A DNA stretch of 64,000 bases from an uncultured Candidatus Saccharimonas sp. (GCA_963526625.1 CAURNF010000002.1:35493-99492), one strand, 5' to 3'; shown: positions 1 through 10,057, counted from the stretch's first letter. The notes: generated by a model from the letters alone, not told the origin. A program made the numbers and translations.

Positions 1-292
1 ATTTATAACAGCAGCTGGAAATCCATCAGCAATTGCTCGAGCCAAAACAATGATAATTTATGCCGTTATTGGTTTAGCGGTTGCAATTCTCTCTTACGCA
101 ATTGTTAATTTCGTTATTAACACTTCAAGCGGAAAAGGAGTTGGCGGAGGATCATCTGGAAGCTCAGGTAATTCTAGTGAATCTAATAATTTAAGTGGCT
201 CAACTAATACTGGATCACAAAGTAAAAACCAAAATGGTGAAAATAATTCAGGACAAAGTTCAGGCGGTTCGAATAGATCAAATAATAATTAG
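1..292 (+). CDS. VirB2/TrbC-like (T4SS-pilin family) pilin, 5'-truncated by window edge, with Gly/Ser/Asn-rich C-terminal tail
   Basis: Frame is open from base 2 (FITAAGNPSAIARAKTMIIYAVIGLAVAILSYAIVNFV). It shares the G-x6-AK-x2-I-x-YA-x-IGL...YAIVNF motif with the two downstream pilins. Confidence 0.8.
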   Translation, partial: FITAAGNPSAIARAKTMIIYAVIGLAVAILSYAIVNFVINTSSGKGVGGGSSGSSGNSSESNNLSGSTNTGSQSKNQNGENNSGQSSGGSNRSNNN

Positions 293-312
293 AATAATAT
301 AAGGAGAATAAA

Positions 313-702
313 ATGAAGAAAATTTTAATAACTTTTGGATTAATTCTTGTGGTAGCTGGCTCTTTTGCCTTCAATGCTGGATTTTTCGAAAAACAAGCTT
401 ATGCAAATAGTGCAGCAGATTTAATTAAACAAGGTGCAGATTCAACTGGCCAACAAGATACTCGTTCAGCTGGTGATATTGCTAAAGATGTTGTAAATAT
501 AATGTTCTTTATCATTGGTGTTATGGCGGTTATTATGATTATTTGGGGCGGAATTCGATATGTTCTTTCAGCTGGAAATAGCGCTGCCCTCACTAGTGCG
601 AAAAATACAATCGTCTACTCTATTATAGGTTTAATTATTGCAATCCTTGCATATGCAATTGTGAACTTTGTTATTAATACTGTTGCAGGCGGTAGTCGGT
701 AA
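313..702 (+). CDS. VirB2/TrbC-like (T4SS-pilin family) pilin
   Basis: SD AAGGAG. Signal peptide ending AYA. Two hydrophobic helices joined by GGIRYVLSAGN...AKNTIVYSIIGL. Confidence 0.8.
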   Translation: MKKILITFGLILVVAGSFAFNAGFFEKQAYANSAADLIKQGADSTGQQDTRSAGDIAKDVVNIMFFIIGVMAVIMIIWGGIRYVLSAGNSAALTSAKNTIVYSIIGLIIAILAYAIVNFVINTVAGGSR

Positions 703-825
703 TATAAAGCTTAAAACTTAAATTTGCTTAGTTGAATAATGGCTAACAATTAAAATACTTGCAAAATAGTAAAAGTTTGATATAATTTAAGTATATATAA
801 TTTAAGAAAGGAAATGTAATTTAAA

Positions 826-1242
826 ATGAAAAATATTGTAAAAATGGCTCTATTGACCGCCGCAACAATATTCGCTGTTGGTGCTGCTACATTTGCAACA
901 ATTCCAGCTTACGCTGCTGATTGTAAAGTTACTGGCGGTTTGAAGTCGGCTGATAGCTGTGCTAAAGGTGTTCAAGAAGAAAATGGTGGTCCAACAAGCT
1001 TGTTTGATGGCGACTCTCCAATTTTCACAACTGCAATCAATATTATGCTCTTTGTAATTGGTATTCTTAGCGTGATTATGCTTATCTATGGCGGTATTCG
1101 CTATGTGCTTTCAAGTGGTGATGCTGGTGCTGTTCAAAACGCTAAAAATACAATTATGTATGCTATTATTGGTCTTGTAATTGCAATCCTTGCTTACGCA
1201 ATTGTAAACTTCGTTATCCATTCGATTACTAATAAAGAATAA
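826..1242 (+). CDS. VirB2/TrbC-like (T4SS-pilin family) pilin
   Basis: Signal peptide ending AYA, a Cys pair, and the core GGIRYVLSSGD...AKNTIMYAIIGL. Has its own promoter (TTGCAA-16 nt-TATAAT at 759-786). Confidence 0.8.
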   Translation: MKNIVKMALLTAATIFAVGAATFATIPAYAADCKVTGGLKSADSCAKGVQEENGGPTSLFDGDSPIFTTAINIMLFVIGILSVIMLIYGGIRYVLSSGDAGAVQNAKNTIMYAIIGLVIAILAYAIVNFVIHSITNKE

Positions 1243-1250
1243 TAAAATAA

Positions 1251-1290
1251 TAAATAAAAAGACTTCACTTCTCAGAGGTCTTTTTATTTA
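1251..1290 (+). terminator. Intrinsic terminator hairpin after pilin cluster
   Basis: TAAATAAAAAGACTTC...GAGGTCTTTTTATTTA inverted repeat with T-tract. Confidence 0.65.
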
Positions 1291-1368
1291 TTCGAAAATT
1301 TATAAATTTTAAAAATAAACTAATGTAATAAAAATCCCGAAGTTTTACACTTCGAGAATTTTATTTTT

Positions 1369-1836
1369 CTACAGAACTTTAATTCTTGTTGCTTGAGTTT
1401 TAACTTTTGTGAAGCTTATTGTTAAAATTCCATCTTTCAATATTGCTTCAACTTCATCTTCTTTGATTGGAACTGGAAGAGTTAGTGTTCGGCTAAATTC
1501 TCCCCAGTAGCATTCTTGTGCATGATGAGCGATAATTCCCTCTTGATCACCAGGATTTAGACTTCCGCTAATCGTTAAAGTTCCATCTGAAAGTGAAACA
1601 TCCAAGTCATTTTTATTCACACCCGCAGTTCGTGCTTTAACAAAAAGCTTATCTTCTGTTTCATAAACATCAACAGCTAATTGACCAGGAAGCTCATTTT
1701 CTTCTTCCGCAATTTCAATTTGTTCAGATCCGCTGAAAGCTTCATTTTCTGAAGTTTCCATCAAATCATCACCAAAATTGAAAGCAGCTTCCAATTCATC
1801 ATTCAAAAAGCTATCATCATTTTGCCTTCTAGCCAT
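1369..1836 (-). CDS. Hsp20/alpha-crystallin small heat-shock protein
   Basis: VDVYET...AGVNKNDLDV...ECYWGEFSRTLTLP...A-x-LKDGILTI motifs. SD GGAGG. Confidence 0.92.
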   Translation of the reverse strand: MARRQNDDSFLNDELEAAFNFGDDLMETSENEAFSGSEQIEIAEEENELPGQLAVDVYETEDKLFVKARTAGVNKNDLDVSLSDGTLTISGSLNPGDQEGIIAHHAQECYWGEFSRTLTLPVPIKEDEVEAILKDGILTISFTKVKTQATRIKVL

Positions 1837-1927
1837 TTTTCCTCCGCATTAAATTTCCTAAATAAGATTAATTTACTTTATTATACCGCACTTTTATTAT
1901 ATAATCAAGAGGTAGAAACGATTTTTT

Positions 1928-2581
1928 ATGAAGAAAAGCATATACGAAATAATTTTAAACTCTTTTGCGCCAGATGATTGCTATTTTTGCCAGAAATTGG
2001 GCGACCCTATTTGTAAAAAATGCCTTGAATCAAGGTGTAATTTTGGAAATTCGCTTTCTCGTTCGAATAGTGTTATTTCGAAAGAATTTTATCTTTCGAA
2101 AAGGTCTGGAGAGCTTCAAAAAATAGTTGATGAATTTAAATTTCAAAGCAAGAGGCAGAATTCTTATTATCTCGCAAAACTTTTATCTGATTTTCTACTT
2201 TCGAATAGTGAATTTATTAATAATCGTGAAAAAATGGTTTTAATTCCAGTTCCAACACTTTCGAACCATATTCGTGAACGTGGTTTAGATCATACTGAAC
2301 TTTTGACTCGTCAGCTTGCAAAGAATCTAAAAATTGAAAAATCGACATTAGTTAAAAGAATATCAAAAACCACTCAACGCGGCAAAAATTTTAAAACGCG
2401 ACAAATTCAGGCAAAGAATAGTTATGAGTTTATAGGAGAAAAGCTTTCGAAAAATAAAATTTATGTAATTCTTGATGATATTCATACAACTGGCGCAACT
2501 TTAAATTCGATCGCAAATCTTCTCCATCAAAACGGTGCGAAAGAAATTTGGGCATTTTATTTGCTTCAGCAAGAAAAATAA
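1928..2581 (+). CDS. comF: ComF-family competence protein (phosphoribosyltransferase fold)
   Basis: N-terminal CxxC..CxxC, IPVP..RERG, and PRPP-binding motif ILDDIHTTGATL. Confidence 0.85.
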   Translation: MKKSIYEIILNSFAPDDCYFCQKLGDPICKKCLESRCNFGNSLSRSNSVISKEFYLSKRSGELQKIVDEFKFQSKRQNSYYLAKLLSDFLLSNSEFINNREKMVLIPVPTLSNHIRERGLDHTELLTRQLAKNLKIEKSTLVKRISKTTQRGKNFKTRQIQAKNSYEFIGEKLSKNKIYVILDDIHTTGATLNSIANLLHQNGAKEIWAFYLLQQEK

Positions 2582-2622
2582 CTTGAGAATTTAAAAAAAA
2601 TGTGATATAATGGGTATCATCT

Positions 2623-2712
2623 GGAGAGGTGGCCGAGTGGTTGAAGGCACCGGTCTTGAAAACCGGCATGCGGTAAAACGTATCGAGGGTTCGAATCCCT
2701 CCTTCTCCGCCA
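2623..2712 (+). tRNA. tRNA-Ser(TGA)
   Basis: Cloverleaf GGAGAGG...CCTTCTCCGCCA, anticodon arm CCGGT-CT-TGA-AA-ACCGG, long variable arm, encoded CCA. TGnTATAAT upstream. Confidence 0.97.
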
Positions 2713-2801
2713 AAATAGGTAATTCTGCTTAACGGCAGGATTTTCTATTTTGATAGATATTTTTTGAATTTTTAAATAGCTTATGGTATAATTAAAGTAT
2801 T

Positions 2802-3479
2802 ATGAATTTCGATAATGAAAACCGAAATGGCGTTCCTCGCGTAACGGGTTTGCCTGAATCACAATTTCGAACACCTGAGGCTGGTAGTTTTATGGCTGAA
2901 AACCCTAAGGAATCTACCGAGCCGGTTTTTGAAGAAGTTAAACCCTTTAATCCAGAAGAATATACACAAGTTCGTGAAGTTGAAAATAATCAATCTCCTA
3001 CTGAAAATATAGCCGAAGAACAAGAGATTGTCAATTGGCAAGCTCAAGATTTAATAATTGGTGATAAAAACAAATCTTGGTATATTATATTTTCAATTAT
3101 TATTTTAGCCTTTTGTATTTTTGCAATTTTAAACCAATCTTGGACTTTTCTTGCTTTAATTATAGTATCAGCTATTGGAATTTTAACTCTTCGAAAATCA
3201 AATCATACTCAAATTATATCTTACAGTCTTTCAACACATGGAGTATATATGGGCGAAACTTTTCATTCCTATAGTGAATTCCGAGCTTTTGGTATTCGAA
3301 AAGAGACAAATACTTACGCTATTATTCTTTTGCCTAAAAAACGTTTTTCGCCAAGCACAACTATTTACTTCCCGAAAGAAAATGGTGAAAAGATCACGGA
3401 TATTATTGGTGCTCGACTACCAATGGAAGAAGTTAAACTTGATTTAATCGATAAAATTATTCGAAAAATAAATCTTTAA
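2802..3479 (+). CDS. Hypothetical membrane protein (acidic N-terminus, 2 TM helices, beta-rich C-terminal domain)
   Basis: 225-aa ORF with a hydrophobic hairpin at about aa 93-130, preceded by TGnTATAAT. Confidence 0.75.
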   Translation: MNFDNENRNGVPRVTGLPESQFRTPEAGSFMAENPKESTEPVFEEVKPFNPEEYTQVREVENNQSPTENIAEEQEIVNWQAQDLIIGDKNKSWYIIFSIIILAFCIFAILNQSWTFLALIIVSAIGILTLRKSNHTQIISYSLSTHGVYMGETFHSYSEFRAFGIRKETNTYAIILLPKKRFSPSTTIYFPKENGEKITDIIGARLPMEEVKLDLIDKIIRKINL

Positions 3480-3481
3480 TC

Positions 3482-3564
3482 TTGCAATATTTTTAAAAAT
3501 GTGCTAAAATTTAAATGTCTGCTTAGCGCGGAAGAACTTCAAAAGTTAGCTACTGAAAAGTAGC
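3482..3564 (+). promoter_or_regulatory. sigma70 promoter plus structured tRNA leader (hairpin, boxA-like GAACTTCAAAAGT, GAAA-tetraloop hairpin)
   Basis: TTGCAA(3482)-17 nt-TAAAAT(3505); TCTGC/GCGGA hairpin 3518-3532; GCTACT-GAAA-AGTAGC 3549-3564. Confidence 0.6.
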
Positions 3565-3568
3565 ATAT

Positions 3569-3645
3569 GCACCTGTAGCTCAGCTGGATAGAGCGTTGGC
3601 TTGCGGAGCCAAAGGTCGTAAGTTCGAATCTTGCCAGGTGTACCA
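3569..3645 (+). tRNA. tRNA-Arg(GCG)
   Basis: GCACCTG...CAGGTGTACCA; anticodon arm TTGGC-TT-GCG-GA-GCCAA. Confidence 0.95.
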
Positions 3646-3702
3646 TAGAAAAAGCATCAGAGGGATCTGGTGTTTTTTCTATTTTGGTGATATAATCAAT
3701 TT

Positions 3703-5160
3703 ATGATTAAAAAAATACCAAAAAGAGTAAAAAATAATAAGATTATATATATTTTAGTTATCGTTTTATTGCCTCTACTGAGCGGAATTATATTTATTAC
3801 TAAAATCAACCATAATACTGAAGAAAAACATAATCAAGATATTACAAAATATTACTTTAAAGATTCGAAATATAATGGAATTAGCTCAAAATTTATTGAA
3901 AGAAAAAATGCAAAAGAAGATGTCGTATTGGAAATTCCTGTTACAAAGAATAGCAAAATCAATGACTTTATAAATAATAAAATCCAAGAAATTGATGATA
4001 CTTTTAAGGATGATGCAAAAAAATCAACTTTCGAGAATATTTCAACTGAAAGAATTAGTTACCAAGTTTATTATAATAACGATGATGCTATTTCAATTTT
4101 AATTTCAATTAAACAAGATACTCATGGAGCGAATTTGAATGATCAGAATTTATTTTGGACATTTAATGCTAAAAATGGAGAAATTATAAAGTTTAGTGAT
4201 TTTTTGAGTAATAAAGAAAAAGATAAATCTAATGTTTTAGAAATTATTAAAAATAAAATTAAAGATTATTTAAAGAATAGTAAAAAAGAATTTTCGAACG
4301 AAATTTTGAATGATTTAGATTTTGAAAGTTTCGAAAATATAATAATATTAGATAAGCAAACGATTGACTTTCCTTTCTCTAAAGGTCAAATTATTCCTTC
4401 TAATTTTTCTTCAGTTCAATTTCAAATTAAAGTTTCAGAAATTTCTGATTTCTTGCAAAATGATTTTTCAAGAAAAATATTCGAAGTTCCTGCTGTACAA
4501 AATTCAAAACAAGCTGAAAAAACAGCACCATTAACTTCTAAAACCCCACTTCTCGATAAAGATTGTTCAAAATGTATTGCTTTAACCTTTGATGATGGAC
4601 CGGGCATATATACTGATAAACTCCTTTCTTATCTTCAAAGTTATAAAGCGAAGGCAACTTTCTTTATGATTGGTCCAAGTGCTCAGAGATACCCTTCTAT
4701 TGTAAAGCGAGTTTTTGATAATGGACATCAAATCGGTAATCATACTTGGTCTCATTCTTCCTTGCCAAGCCTATCTCCTGTACAAGTTCAAAATGAAATA
4801 GCCTCAACTAATAATATTTTGCAAAGTATTACAGGTGTAAAACCTACTACACTTAGACCTCCATATGGTGCAACTAATGCGGCCGTGCAAAGAGTTGTTT
4901 CTAATCTTGGAATGAGTTCAATTTTATGGTCTGTTGACACTCGCGACTGGGCAGATAGAAATTCGAATATTGTTTGTAATAGAGCAATCTCGAATGCACG
5001 ACCCGGTGCAATAATTTTAATGCATGATATTCACCGAACATCAGTTGAAGCGGTTCCATGTATTCTGCAGAATTTAAGTTCTCAAGGTTATCAATTTGTA
5101 ACTGTTGATAAGTTGCTTGGCAATCTTCAGCCTGGGCATATATATTATTCAGCAAAATAA
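3703..5160 (+). CDS. Membrane-anchored polysaccharide/peptidoglycan deacetylase (CE4, PgdA-like)
   Basis: N-terminal TM. C-terminal NodB motifs ALTFDDGP, GNHTWSH, RPPYG, DTRDW, ILMHD. Confidence 0.9.
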   Translation: MIKKIPKRVKNNKIIYILVIVLLPLLSGIIFITKINHNTEEKHNQDITKYYFKDSKYNGISSKFIERKNAKEDVVLEIPVTKNSKINDFINNKIQEIDDTFKDDAKKSTFENISTERISYQVYYNNDDAISILISIKQDTHGANLNDQNLFWTFNAKNGEIIKFSDFLSNKEKDKSNVLEIIKNKIKDYLKNSKKEFSNEILNDLDFESFENIIILDKQTIDFPFSKGQIIPSNFSSVQFQIKVSEISDFLQNDFSRKIFEVPAVQNSKQAEKTAPLTSKTPLLDKDCSKCIALTFDDGPGIYTDKLLSYLQSYKAKATFFMIGPSAQRYPSIVKRVFDNGHQIGNHTWSHSSLPSLSPVQVQNEIASTNNILQSITGVKPTTLRPPYGATNAAVQRVVSNLGMSSILWSVDTRDWADRNSNIVCNRAISNARPGAIILMHDIHRTSVEAVPCILQNLSSQGYQFVTVDKLLGNLQPGHIYYSAK

Positions 5161-5201
5161 ATCTTTATTTAATCTCTGATATATGATAAAATGTAAATAT
5201 T

Positions 5202-5291
<90 letters not shown>

Positions 5292-5376
5292 CGAAAGTAG
5301 CTCGCATTTGCGGGCTTTTTTCGTATAAATTAAAATAAAAACCGCTATTTTAAAAATAATAGCAGTTTTAAAATTA

Positions 5377-6420
5377 TTATTTTACCAATTCGACTTTGAG
5401 TTTTTCAATTAATTCTACAGGTGTTGGATCTACGTTGTTTAAGATGGCAAGATAAATACTGACATAATCTGCTAGAATCGATCCCCAAAGAACTTGTTCA
5501 AGATAAGTTGAACCTTTTAGCTCAATATTTCGTGCTGCTGGGCGTTTTCCGCTTAAAATCCTATCTGATATCTCGAATCGTTTTTGCACGCGTGGATGGT
5601 CGAAATTACTGCGTAGATTAAATATTGCGAAAAGTTTTTCGACTGGGTGTGAGCTCCAACCGATAAATTCATTATGATTAAATTCTGGATATTCATTAAA
5701 GAAGCTAATATTCTTAGCATTTTCATTCCAAGAGATTTTCCATTTATAGGATAACGGCGAGAATTCACTTGAACTCAAAAAAACTGCACTTCGCCCCGCT
5801 GAATAAAGCGCTAATTGTTTGGCATAATTCCGCTCATTCGAAACACTTGCTGCCCAAGATTCGCTTTCTTTTCGCAAAAAATCGGCATAATGCTCAATTT
5901 CTTCGTGTTTTTCGTTCGAAATAATTCCAAAATTTACTAAAATTTTAGTTAAAGCTCTAAAATTATAAATTACCGCCATTCGAGGTTGAAGGCCCGTTGG
6001 CAATTTAACATGAGCGATCTGATTTTTGCGGGCGATTTCTTCCATTTTTCCGTACGAAGAAACTGTGGCAACTTGTGCACCAATTTCGATTGCTTGATTT
6101 AATGCTGAAATTGACTCTTCTGTATTTCCAGAATACGAGCTTGCGATCACTAAAGTATTTTTCGAAACACTTTTTGGTAAATTATAATTTCGAATAATTT
6201 CGATTGGTAAAGTTATTTCATTTTCGAGCCATTTTTTTACAATTAAACCAGCTAAAGCTGAGCCACCCATTCCTGTAATAACAATATTTTTGATTTCACG
6301 GCCATCATTTTCTGGTGAAATAACTTCAGCTTGAAAAAGCACCTGTTTCCACTGCTCGCTAGCAACTAAAAGCGCATTTTGCGGGTCGCGCTGAACTAAT
6401 AAATTAAAATTATCTAACAT
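5377..6420 (-). CDS. Bifunctional phosphoglucose/phosphomannose isomerase (SIS family)
   Basis: GMGGSA, SSYSGNTEE, QPR, ENAK, PEFNHNE, DPTPV motifs. Confidence 0.92.
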   Translation of the reverse strand: MLDNFNLLVQRDPQNALLVASEQWKQVLFQAEVISPENDGREIKNIVITGMGGSALAGLIVKKWLENEITLPIEIIRNYNLPKSVSKNTLVIASSYSGNTEESISALNQAIEIGAQVATVSSYGKMEEIARKNQIAHVKLPTGLQPRMAVIYNFRALTKILVNFGIISNEKHEEIEHYADFLRKESESWAASVSNERNYAKQLALYSAGRSAVFLSSSEFSPLSYKWKISWNENAKNISFFNEYPEFNHNEFIGWSSHPVEKLFAIFNLRSNFDHPRVQKRFEISDRILSGKRPAARNIELKGSTYLEQVLWGSILADYVSIYLAILNNVDPTPVELIEKLKVELVK

Positions 6421-6517
6421 TTTCCACCCTTTCGAAAAAATAATCTTGATTATGCTTTAATTCTATGATACAATATAATTAATAAAAAGTAAAGTCAATT
6501 AAATATAAAGGTGGGTT

Positions 6518-6979
6518 ATGGAAATTGATATGAATCAAACAAGTAAAATGCCAGTTAGCGACGATCCAGAGCTCGCTAAGATTCTTTCTGGTGTTAGCGG
6601 TTCTTCAGATGATTCTGATGACAGTCAAAGCACTGATGAACTCCAATATGAAGATTTAAACCAAGTTGAGATTCCAGTTGTTGAAGAAGTTCAGCCGGTT
6701 ATTGAACAAACTCAGCCAACTGTAATGCCAAGTTTTGGTGGTTTAGATTTAGATACGATTAAAGGTCATGCTCTTGAAGATTTGCGACCATTAGTTGATA
6801 AATTAACGGTTTCGAATGAAGAAAAATTTGATATTTATCTTTTGCTTCTCCGTTCAAGTGATGATAATACTTTGATTGAACCAGCTTATAATGCTGCTCG
6901 AATGATTGAAGATGAAGTGAAGCGTGCAAATGCGCTTCTTGATGTGATTAAAGAGATTGACTACTTTAAATCAAAATAA
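6518..6979 (+). CDS. Hypothetical protein (acidic N-terminus, helical C-terminal domain)
   Basis: 153-aa ORF with host-like codon usage and SD-like AAGGTGG. Confidence 0.75.
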   Translation: MEIDMNQTSKMPVSDDPELAKILSGVSGSSDDSDDSQSTDELQYEDLNQVEIPVVEEVQPVIEQTQPTVMPSFGGLDLDTIKGHALEDLRPLVDKLTVSNEEKFDIYLLLLRSSDDNTLIEPAYNAARMIEDEVKRANALLDVIKEIDYFKSK

Positions 6980-7118
6980 TTATAAAAACTGCGATAGATT
7001 TTAAACTCTCGCAGTTTTTATTTTTTAAAATCTTAAATTACGCCCATGATTTTGTGAAATTATTTAAAACTCAATAAAAATAGGCCCTAAGTTCAGAGCC
7101 TATTTTTCTTTTTCGAAA

Positions 7119-9542
7119 TTAGATTTTTTTCGAATTTTTCTTCAATTTTTTAGCAAAGAATCCAATTATTGGTGTGAAAATTGCAGCAACTAAACCAATT
7201 AAAACTAATATAGTAGTGTTGTCTTGTTGGTTTTGTTTTTCGCGTAAATATCCAGTTTCTGGAGAATTTAAACGTTGCTTTGCAATTTCCTCATTGCGTT
7301 TTTTAATAGCTTCTGCAAGCTTATCTGCTTCAATTTGAGCTTCTTTTTGCTTGATAGAATTTTTAATTTCTTGCAATTTTTCGCTCAATTTTTGGCTTTT
7401 TTTCTCATCTTTAACTTTCGAAATTAAATTCTCAATATTTTCGATATCAACAGCCGGAAGCTCATTTTTCTTCGTTTTGTTATCTTCAATGATTTTTTCA
7501 ACTTCTTTTAGCTTATCTTCAGATGATTTTTGGCGCTCGCTTTCTGCTTTTTTAGCTTTTTCGATAGCCGATTTCAAATCTTCTTCCGCTTTTTTAATTT
7601 CTTCGAAAGTCGGATTATCTGCTTTTTGAACTTCTTTAGCTTTATCTGCTTCAGTTTTAACTTCATCTTTCAGCCATTTTTGTGAATCTTCAAAATCTTT
7701 AATTTGTGATTTTAGGGCTGTTTTATCAGCTCGCAAACCGTTCAAAGCACTTTCAAGTTCATTGATTGCTTCTAAGATTTCACTCTCTGAAGCGAGATCT
7801 TCGGTTGAATTTTTTATCGCCTCGGCAGTTTTAAGTTGGCTTGAAATATTTAAGTTTGACGCCGCATTTACAACTTCTTGCAACTGTATTAAAGTTTCTT
7901 TAGAAAAATTATTAAGGTTTTTCAAATTAGCAATTTTATCTAAAGTTTGCTCCAATTTTTTGGTATTTTTATTATAGCGTTCAGCAATTTTCTCTAATTC
8001 TTTAAGATTTGCTTGTTTTGCTACAGGGTCAAGAATTTTATCATTTTCATTCATGACATCCTTAAAATCGGCGATATATTCAATCACTTTATTTAATTCA
8101 TTGATCGCGTTTTTAACATCAGTTTTACGCTCATTTTCTAGGGCTACAATTTCAGCAATTTTATTATTTAAAGAATCTGCTGAATTTTTAACGTCATCGT
8201 TGGTTATTCCTAAAGGTTGTGTTGCAGTACGCTTAACCTCAGTTAATAAATTAGCAGGGATTGCATTTTTAATATAATCTGGCTGTTTTTCGAAATTTTC
8301 AAGAGCTTTTTTAGCTGGCTCACGAGAAGCGAAAGCAGTCAAAAGCCTAAATTGAGCGGTCGTGGTATTTCCGTATTTATTTGTAGCCTTAACTGTAATC
8401 AAATAGTCACCATTTATTTGGTTTTCTTTATTGCTGAATACTTCTTCGGCATCAGTTGTGAAAGAAGTAATATCTGACGTTGGGCTAGTTGCTGTAAAGA
8501 AATTTCCGCCAGCTTGAGGGCTATAATTCTTCTTAAAAGATTCTATTATAGCATCATTAATTGTAGAATTATTTTGTCTTGGCTTATCCCAAACTAATGG
8601 TGAGCCTTCTTTTAATGGAATACTGTTACCTTGAACATTGAAATTAATCTCTGGTTTTTCGTTTAGGTTAAAGTTTATATTCTCTACTGTTACGTCAGAT
8701 GTATTATAGAAATCACTTTGGTCATCCATGGCATTTCCATTAGGTAGAGTATATTTTTTATTTATAACACTAAAATTATCTGTGCCCGTAAATTTATCTG
8801 CGTTAACTTTAATATATCCACCATCTTGTTGTGGATTTCCGTTTTTATCTGTATTTATAAAAGTTTGATTATTTTCTATTGACATAATCGTGCCATCAAA
8901 ATTGATAAAAGGATTTTTAAAAATTCTTTGGCCTGCTGAAAGCTTTATTGCCACATTTTGGCTTGAAATTCCATAAACTTTTGCTTTTGGTAAATCTTTA
9001 AGTGGTGAAAAATCTGTTGCTTTAGTATGATGAATCCACAACAACTCAACCTTTTTCCAGTTTTTAACAAATGAAATATCGCTAACGCTGTTCATTCCAA
9101 CATAAGCTGTCTCTATGTTCTGGAGATCTGCTGCAGCAGACATATCTTTTAATGACCAGATTGCATGAACATGGATTAATTTTAAGTTTTTAAAATACTG
9201 AATACCTTCCACATTCTCAAAATTTCGATACGCATCTTCTGGCCAGAACTCTGTCATTGTTTTAGCTACGCCAGCCGTAATTGGACTATCAAGTGTTCGG
9301 CTTGGATCGCTTTTCATTAAAACTGAATTTAATGCACGCTTAAAATTCGCATCTGTAAATTTAATTTCATAACTATCTGGAGCATTGCTTGGATCAACGG
9401 GATTAGCCGCTGAAGTATAAGCTGATGCTTTTGAAAAAATATTTTGTTTGTTAATAATTTGTGTTCCATAATACCCGCCACCGAGTGCTAGAACCGCTAC
9501 CGTCATTGCTGGTAATAAAATTCTATTATTCTTTACTTTCAT
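7119..9542 (-). CDS. Internalin-like LRR surface protein with helical stalk and C-terminal SPETG-TM-basic tail
   Basis: Signal peptide; cap FTDANFKRAL; LRR-like units (EGIQYFKNL, SDISFVKNWKKVELLWI, TDFSPLKDL); beta-rich middle; coiled-coil; SPETG then TM helix then KKLKKNSKKI. Confidence 0.7.
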   Translation of the reverse strand: MKVKNNRILLPAMTVAVLALGGGYYGTQIINKQNIFSKASAYTSAANPVDPSNAPDSYEIKFTDANFKRALNSVLMKSDPSRTLDSPITAGVAKTMTEFWPEDAYRNFENVEGIQYFKNLKLIHVHAIWSLKDMSAAADLQNIETAYVGMNSVSDISFVKNWKKVELLWIHHTKATDFSPLKDLPKAKVYGISSQNVAIKLSAGQRIFKNPFINFDGTIMSIENNQTFINTDKNGNPQQDGGYIKVNADKFTGTDNFSVINKKYTLPNGNAMDDQSDFYNTSDVTVENINFNLNEKPEINFNVQGNSIPLKEGSPLVWDKPRQNNSTINDAIIESFKKNYSPQAGGNFFTATSPTSDITSFTTDAEEVFSNKENQINGDYLITVKATNKYGNTTTAQFRLLTAFASREPAKKALENFEKQPDYIKNAIPANLLTEVKRTATQPLGITNDDVKNSADSLNNKIAEIVALENERKTDVKNAINELNKVIEYIADFKDVMNENDKILDPVAKQANLKELEKIAERYNKNTKKLEQTLDKIANLKNLNNFSKETLIQLQEVVNAASNLNISSQLKTAEAIKNSTEDLASESEILEAINELESALNGLRADKTALKSQIKDFEDSQKWLKDEVKTEADKAKEVQKADNPTFEEIKKAEEDLKSAIEKAKKAESERQKSSEDKLKEVEKIIEDNKTKKNELPAVDIENIENLISKVKDEKKSQKLSEKLQEIKNSIKQKEAQIEADKLAEAIKKRNEEIAKQRLNSPETGYLREKQNQQDNTTILVLIGLVAAIFTPIIGFFAKKLKKNSKKI

Positions 9543-9649
9543 TTAATCTTTCCTTGAATATATTTATGCTTATTCTATTTTACTAAATATTTGCAAAAAA
9601 ATCAATAGTGTGCTAAAATTTAAATAATTTTCGAAAAGGGGTGGAAGAA

Positions 9650-9985
9650 ATGAAAAAAGTACATTTGCACAGGTTCGGTAAAACTGATATATTTTTTTCG
9701 ATAGCTGTTACTCTATCTACTGAAAGAGTTAAAGAGCCAGAAAAGTCCTATTTGCTCAAAGATCAGTCTAATTTTAGGGAGTTAATCCTTGAGATTGAGA
9801 CTAAAGAGCCAACTGGGATCTTTCAAAAAAGGAATTTCTTTTTTGGATTAGATAAAGAAAATCTTGAAGAAGCTCAAATTGCATTGCAAAGCGGTGAAAT
9901 CGCAAGTTGGTATATTCGAAGAATTAAATCTTCAGATGTCAACTTTAGCTCGTTCATAAATCAGTTAGATAGCCAAACCATTTAA
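9650..9985 (+). CDS. Hypothetical protein
   Basis: ORF with its own TGnTAAAAT and a downstream terminator. Start may be GTG 9641 or ATG 9650. Confidence 0.55.
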   Translation: MKKVHLHRFGKTDIFFSIAVTLSTERVKEPEKSYLLKDQSNFRELILEIETKEPTGIFQKRNFFFGLDKENLEEAQIALQSGEIASWYIRRIKSSDVNFSSFINQLDSQTI

Positions 9986-10057
9986 ATTTAAGCCGTTCAA
10001 AAGAACGGTTTTTATTTTTTTGAAAATTAAAATCGCCCAGATATGAGCGATTTTTTG

